From assembly GCF_018350175.1 (NCBI RefSeq), contig NC_058368.1:101062001-101126000 (forward strand): a DNA stretch of 64,000 nt, read 5' to 3'. Within the stretch, counting starts at the first letter, position 1. Each line of letters begins with the position of its first letter. The DNA comes from Felis catus. Its lineage: Eukaryota. A program made the translations under genes and the position numbers. Positions 58,530-64,000 of this stretch are shown here, piece by piece. The notes beneath the pieces were generated by a model. The model saw nothing but the letters and a program-made list of their open reading frames with translations. It searched no databases and was not told where the DNA came from.

Positions 58530-59566
58530 TTAAGGTGACAACTGAGGAGAGACCTCATGGAAGAAGGAATGATGCTTGAGATCGTTCGGGAAGGCCAGCG
58601 TGCTAGAAGCCAAGGCGGTTCGGAGAGACATGGTGGGAGATAAAGTCGGAGGGACTGTGGGAGAAGACTGCATTTTATCGTGGGTGAAGTAGATCTTGAG
58701 GCGGAAGTAGCCTGAACCGAACTGTCCTCTGTGTTATAAAAACGTTCTTCTGGGTGCTGTGTGGAGAAGGCTCTGGTGGGGCAAGGCTGGCTGCTGAGGG
58801 CAGGAACTCAGTGGACCGGGTGGAGAAGTGGATTTGGAGTTAGGGGAACATTTGGTGATTTCAATCCGTAGGGCTCCTTGAGCTCAGCTGGCGAGGGTGG
58901 GAAGGCAGAGCTCTGACTGGAGGGAGGCTAGTTCCATGATCGCTAGTTCTCTATGCCTCTGTGAACTGCCTCCGTAAAAGTCTTATGTGGATTAAGGACC
59001 GTGTAGCTTGGTACAGCCACAGATGGCCTCATCTCATTTCCGTCCCCTGCCAGTAACGTCACAGGTCTCCGCTTTTGCCCCTCTGGTGGGTGTGGCAGTG
59101 AGGCAGTAGCACAGCCAGCCTTCTTAAGCGCTTTGGAATCTGTGAACCATGAGACGCTTAGAGACTCCGCTTGAGGTCTGTGCAGGATACCTTCCCCAGA
59201 GAGAGGGAGGGATGCTTCACCTGACTCAGCTCGGCGTTGCCTCAAAACTCTCCTTTAGCTCCTCTCCTGTGCAGCTGTCTGCATGCACAGGTGCGTGTGA
59301 ACATGCACACGTGCTCGGTACTGTTCTCTTGGCTTTTCGCCCTGCGTCTTCTGAGGTCTTCGTATTTTTTCCGATTACAAAGGGTAATGAGCGAGAATCT
59401 GGAAAACGCAGAAAAATACTTGTGAAAACACGAGATAAAAGAGCTGTAAATAACTTGGTGTCATTCGTACTGCAGCTAGGATTTTCTTTTAATACATGGA
59501 TAACAACATATTCTTTGCCCTTAGCATGAAACCGTACGCACGTCCCCCATGTTGAAAATTCTTGGA

Positions 59567-59750
59567 GGAGCACCTGAGTGGCTCTGTCGTCGAAGCATCT
59601 GACTTTGGCTCAGGTCACGATCTTTGGTTTGTGAGTTTGAGCCCTGCTTTGGGTGAGCCCTGCTTCTCTCTCTCCCTCTCTCTCTCTGCCCTTCACTCAT
59701 GTCTTCTCTCTCTCTCAAAAAAAAAAAAAAAAAAAAAAAAACAAATAAAA
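59567..59750 (+). mobile_element. Can-SINE
   Basis: Head, CT tract and poly-A; AAAATTCTT on both flanks. Confidence 0.9.
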
Positions 59751-61919
59751 CCAAAATTCTTTGCATGTATATCCAATGATTTTTATGGCTGTATACTCTC
59801 AATATGGTTGAATCCAGTTGTTGAACATTGGTGTTGATCCTTCCTCCCTCTCTGCCTCCTTCCCTTTTTTCCTCCTTCCCTTCCTCCTTCCCACCCTCTC
59901 TCCTTACTTTGAAAATATTACTGATCCTTTGGTCTCCTGAGTGTATCGGCTCAAGCTTGCCAAAATACCTGCAGGAAAACACACACATACAGAGAAACTC
60001 TTTTTTGTGCAAACAGTAAGAATCCTAAGAACGACAGCAAATATTTATCCATCACTTTGTAGTTTGAAAGAGATTTCATAACGGGCATGCTGATTTTATT
60101 GCTGTGCCCTCTGCAGCGCAGGGAGCGCTCTGTCCCGCCCGGTGCTAGTGACATGGGGAGGCTGGATCCACGAGGCCAGGCGGAGCTGGCTCTTTTGACC
60201 CGTGTCAAGTGGAGCTTTCCATCTGTCCAAATGTTAGCCTGGAACTAAACGCCTCCACACAGCGATGAAATCCCTAACAAATGTAGTGACAGCGCGGAAC
60301 ATAAGGCCTTAATTTTTTTCAAATTGCTTGCATTTACAGTGAATTCAATTTGAACGATAAGTCACCTCCGTGCGAATGACTCACGCGCTTGTTATTGTGA
60401 GCTTTGTTTTGCAGAGTACACGAAACAGAGAGAGAGGTGGGTTCACAGAGCGAACCCAGCCAAGGTAGTGGCGACTCGTTTCCAGCTGAGAAAGTTGTTC
60501 CGTGTCTTTATACATGGTGCATTCTGGGACTGGAGTTGCACAAGGAAACGGAAATACCTTTTAAAAGCGCATTTGGTCCACTGTCCACAGGGGCAGTTGG
60601 AGGGGATAAATACGCAGACGAAGCTTACTTAGCACAGTGAAAAAGTGTTTTTTTTTTTGTCTTCCAGGACGTTTCACTTCAGGTCCGCTGAAACCCCTTT
60701 TCCAAATCCAGACTGTTGGGGTTCTAGAGAGGGCAGCGAGATTAGGCCTTGCAGACTGTGACAGAAGGGAGGAAATGATTTCCAAAGCAAATCACTTCCC
60801 CACTGTAGAGAAGCCTGGAGAGAAACAGTAAGGAAATGTCTAGAAAACAACCATATAAATAGCTGATTGCTAAAATATTTGGATAATTTTGAGAATAAAT
60901 GCAGGCTAACATTTTTGGACAGTGAAATCAGCTTTTCATAATGACTCTGTCTCCCAGCCAGTAATTTCCTTGTTCTCCCTAATTTATTTCACTTCTCTGT
61001 AGCTGGCAAAGTCCTGTGTTCCGTACCTCAAATACACCAGCTTTCCCAGCTACCAATTTCTGTTGTGAGACTCTTGCTTCGCTTCCTGTTTTTATGCACA
61101 AACTGGTTCTCGCACGGAGCTGGGGGTGGGGGGGAGGCTCTAGAGCTGCAAGAGATTCGCGCTTTCTGATGACTTTCTGAGCAGTACCTCCGGGGATGCC
61201 CAGGGTCCTGACGCTTTATTTAATTTTGGACCCAGGTCCGGAGTGACTCCCGAGTTAAGCAACTTTTAACAGTCTTAGAGCTCCTGGTAAGGGCAGTAGG
61301 GACTGGGAGAGGACAATAAACAGACCCAGGCCATCTCCACTGGAGGCTAATGGCACAAGTGGTCCCTGCCAGGTTTGTACGGCCCTTGAAGGCAGTGGGT
61401 CATTCAAGGTGCCTTTGGTTTTTGGCCTTTTATTTTTTCCTCTGACCAAGGGAGAGGAGGAGCAGTGACTTCTACTTCTGAAAACTCTGTTTAGTGGCCT
61501 GGCATGATGGAAATTTTCATGCTCTTGACTTTGGACCACAGCAAGTTTGTGTCTGGAAAGTTTAAAATGGGTATCTTAGAGACACATCAGAAAGGACTAG
61601 ATAACCAGTAGAAAATAGGGTGGGTTTCATTTTGGTGCCCTGTCACCTTTCTTGTTTGGGTAGAGCCACTGAGGGGTTTTTCTCAGATTCACCCTGATGG
61701 CATGGGATCACTAATGACGGACTTTCTCTATCTTAAACCTTGCTAGAGCCAGGAGTTCCATTCAGAGCAACTGCGGGCCAGGTTGCACAGAGCTGAGTGT
61801 GAAGCACGAGCAGTGTTTGCTTTGCATTGTATGTTTGGTGACCGAGAACTGGACCAGAAATTGTAGAGGTGTGCCCCAATTCTGGAGGACGAACAAGAGC
61901 CATTTGGCCCGTCCAACAT

Positions 61920-62260
61920 AGGTTCATTTATCCAGGATGTATTGGATAAGCTTCTCTTATGTGCTGGGCTCTGCCCAGGGTTGGTGGAGGATGGTGTTGT
62001 ATTTGAAAGACAGAGTTTGTGCCTGGGAGGAGCTAACTGTCTGTAAGATATTGAAGGGAAATAGACAAGTCAGAGGGAGTATCGGTGGGCCCCTGATGAT
62101 GAAAATGCAGAGGAGACCTGGGGAGGTGAATGAAGGTCCACCTGGTGAAGTGCTGTCACCTCTGGAGGCAGGTTTGCTGGCACGTTTTTCTGGGATGAGT
62201 GTACTGGGAAGCCTAACCAAGAGGAGAGACGGAATGTGAGAGGGGTTGAGTCAGGGAAGA
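61920..62260 (-). mobile_element. L2 fragment
   Basis: ttcatttatcca...ttatgtgctgggctctg...tgcctgggaggagctaactgtct. Confidence 0.55.
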
Positions 62261-64000
62261 CCTGAGGAGGAGTAAACGAACTGTTGGTGTCTGAAAGGTC
62301 GGCTTGGTCTGTGGGTTGCTCTCATGGAGGTGATAGAAAGAAACGAGGCTGTAGACGCAGGAAGGCACACGAGTGAGCTGCTTGAAAACTGGTGCGAGAG
62401 TTCAGATTTGACGTGTGCATAGGAAACCACGACGTGTTACTTGGGAAGGGGACTTGAGGCTGGCTGCTTGCAAATGAAGAGGGACATGGGTTTGACTTGA
62501 CAGGTACTGTTTTCACAGGCATTGCGATAGGTAATGGAAGTCTCGCCTGTATCTGAGATCTCCCCTTCATTGAGATTGATGGAGACTGCGGTAAAGCTGG
62601 GACCACCCCTTAATGGCAGCGGATTTCAGTGACTAGAGCCCAGTGTATGTTACACACGAGCCGTCAGTCCCTGTGCACGGCCCTTTTAGGGCAGTTGAGT
62701 ATCGCAGTGTCTTAGATTTGGTACATAACTCTTAGCAACCTCTACTTAGATGGACAGGGAAGCAAGATGGCAGGGGAGCAAGGAGTTGTATAGCAGTGCT
62801 CGGAAGGGGGATTAGGAACCCCTCTAAGGTCTAGAGAATTCTCTGGGTTAGAAGCTTTTTTTTTTCCCTTCCCCTTTCTGATGGTGATTGTGGTACAGTT
62901 GCTCACTGGGGTGTACGATCTTCTGTTGGAACAAAGAAGAGTATCTTCTGCTTTGTGCCAAATGCGTGCATCTTGTTAGGTTCAGGATGGGCTTGACTCT
63001 GCCCGTCTGTGGTCCTTCAGCAAACGGCATAGACTGAACTGTAAAAATTTAAAGGAAGAAAACAAGCACAAACCTAGAAAACTCAGCTGTCTAGGAGCCC
63101 GGAGTAGAAAGATGTGTGTGTGTGGGGGGGGGGGGTGGGGTTGGGGTGGGAGGGGAGTGTGCACATGACCCTTCCAGGAAAATTTGGATAATGGACTGAG
63201 TGACTAATGTGTAGCGGGCAGCGTTCACTGTTATTATTTCTTACACACAGAAAACAAAAAAGAGAAACCATCCTAAAGCAGCTGTGAGCTAAGAGGAGCA
63301 GTAGGAGCTATAACTTTTTGAGTGAGTGGAGATCACAGTAGGGCAAACCCATATGACACGTAAAAACATGAAGGAATGAGAAAACAATGGGTGATCCAGG
63401 TTAGGTTTTGGGAAAGACAGGACCTGGGCAGGGGGATCCTCTGAGAAGACAGAGCGAAGAGTGCTGTGGGGTGGGGGTGGGAGTGGGGTCCCAGGGACAT
63501 CAGCTGTCACGCAGGTGCTGGGTACAGGCGGGCTCCGCAGTCCTGCCACCTTTGGGGCCACCGACTTCTTTATTCCTGCTACAGTGACCAGAAACTTCGG
63601 TGATGATGCCTGGCCCTGCCCCCTCTTGGAATTAGAGGAATGCATCTGTTTGCGGGCTGGAGATTAGAGTTTGGGGCTGGGGGTGGGGGGCTACAAGGAG
63701 AGCTGTCTTTTTGGGTGGCCTCACAAGACATGCTTCAGACCCGAAGCTGATACTTCAAAACTTCCTTCTCTGATAATCTATAATATTCTGTTTTTAGAAC
63801 TACACTGTCAGCGGTGTCGGAGGGACTCCTCTCAGATGATTCATCCATTTAAGACGAGCAGTAATATCTCTTGTTTGGAAATTAAGCAACAGAAAGGAAT
63901 TCAAGGGGGCCAGCTAAATATGGGCATTTTAAATGAAAATATATCTGTGGTTATGCTACCAAGTTAAGTCAGATGGGTTTTATTCCAGAGTCTATATACA

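Larger units (their letters stand above)
43549..64000 (+). other. PRDM6: PRDM6 intron 3 (incomplete; next exon lies beyond the window)
   Basis: Begins GTAAGT. No ORF in the track resembles the rest of the PR/SET domain or the C2H2 fingers. Confidence 0.8.

Noticed and set aside
1..64000. CRISPR array, operon or other prokaryote-type novel system
   Set aside because: The sequence is mammalian. There is no regularly spaced repeat-spacer array, and the repeats are explained by known interspersed elements and microsatellites.

Overview
Mammalian genomic DNA, almost certainly from a felid: young SINEs match the feline SINEC_Fc type and carnivore-type L1 3' ends are present. The window holds the 5' part of PRDM6 (PR/SET domain 6) on the + strand. 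The parts are a CpG-island promoter (~29.4-34.9 kb), a putative non-coding exon 1 ending at 33227, coding exon 2 (acceptor 33718, ATG 33733, donor after 34327) and coding exon 3 (43241-43548, PR zinc knuckle plus the start of the PR/SET domain). A long intron 3 runs past the window end. The first ~27 kb is intergenic and repeat-dense: about 32 Can-SINEs, L1, L2, MIR, MaLR LTRs, a solo ERV LTR nested in a SINE, and Tigger-like and MER63-like DNA transposons. From ~26.6 to ~52.6 kb I see no carnivore SINE at all. That interval holds three CpG islands and several motif-dense candidate enhancers. Nearly all ORFs in the supplied track are repeat or GC-rich artefacts. I found no convincing novel biological system; the findings are regulatory and evolutionary leads. 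Repeat family names and human comparisons come from memory, and repeat boundaries are approximate.
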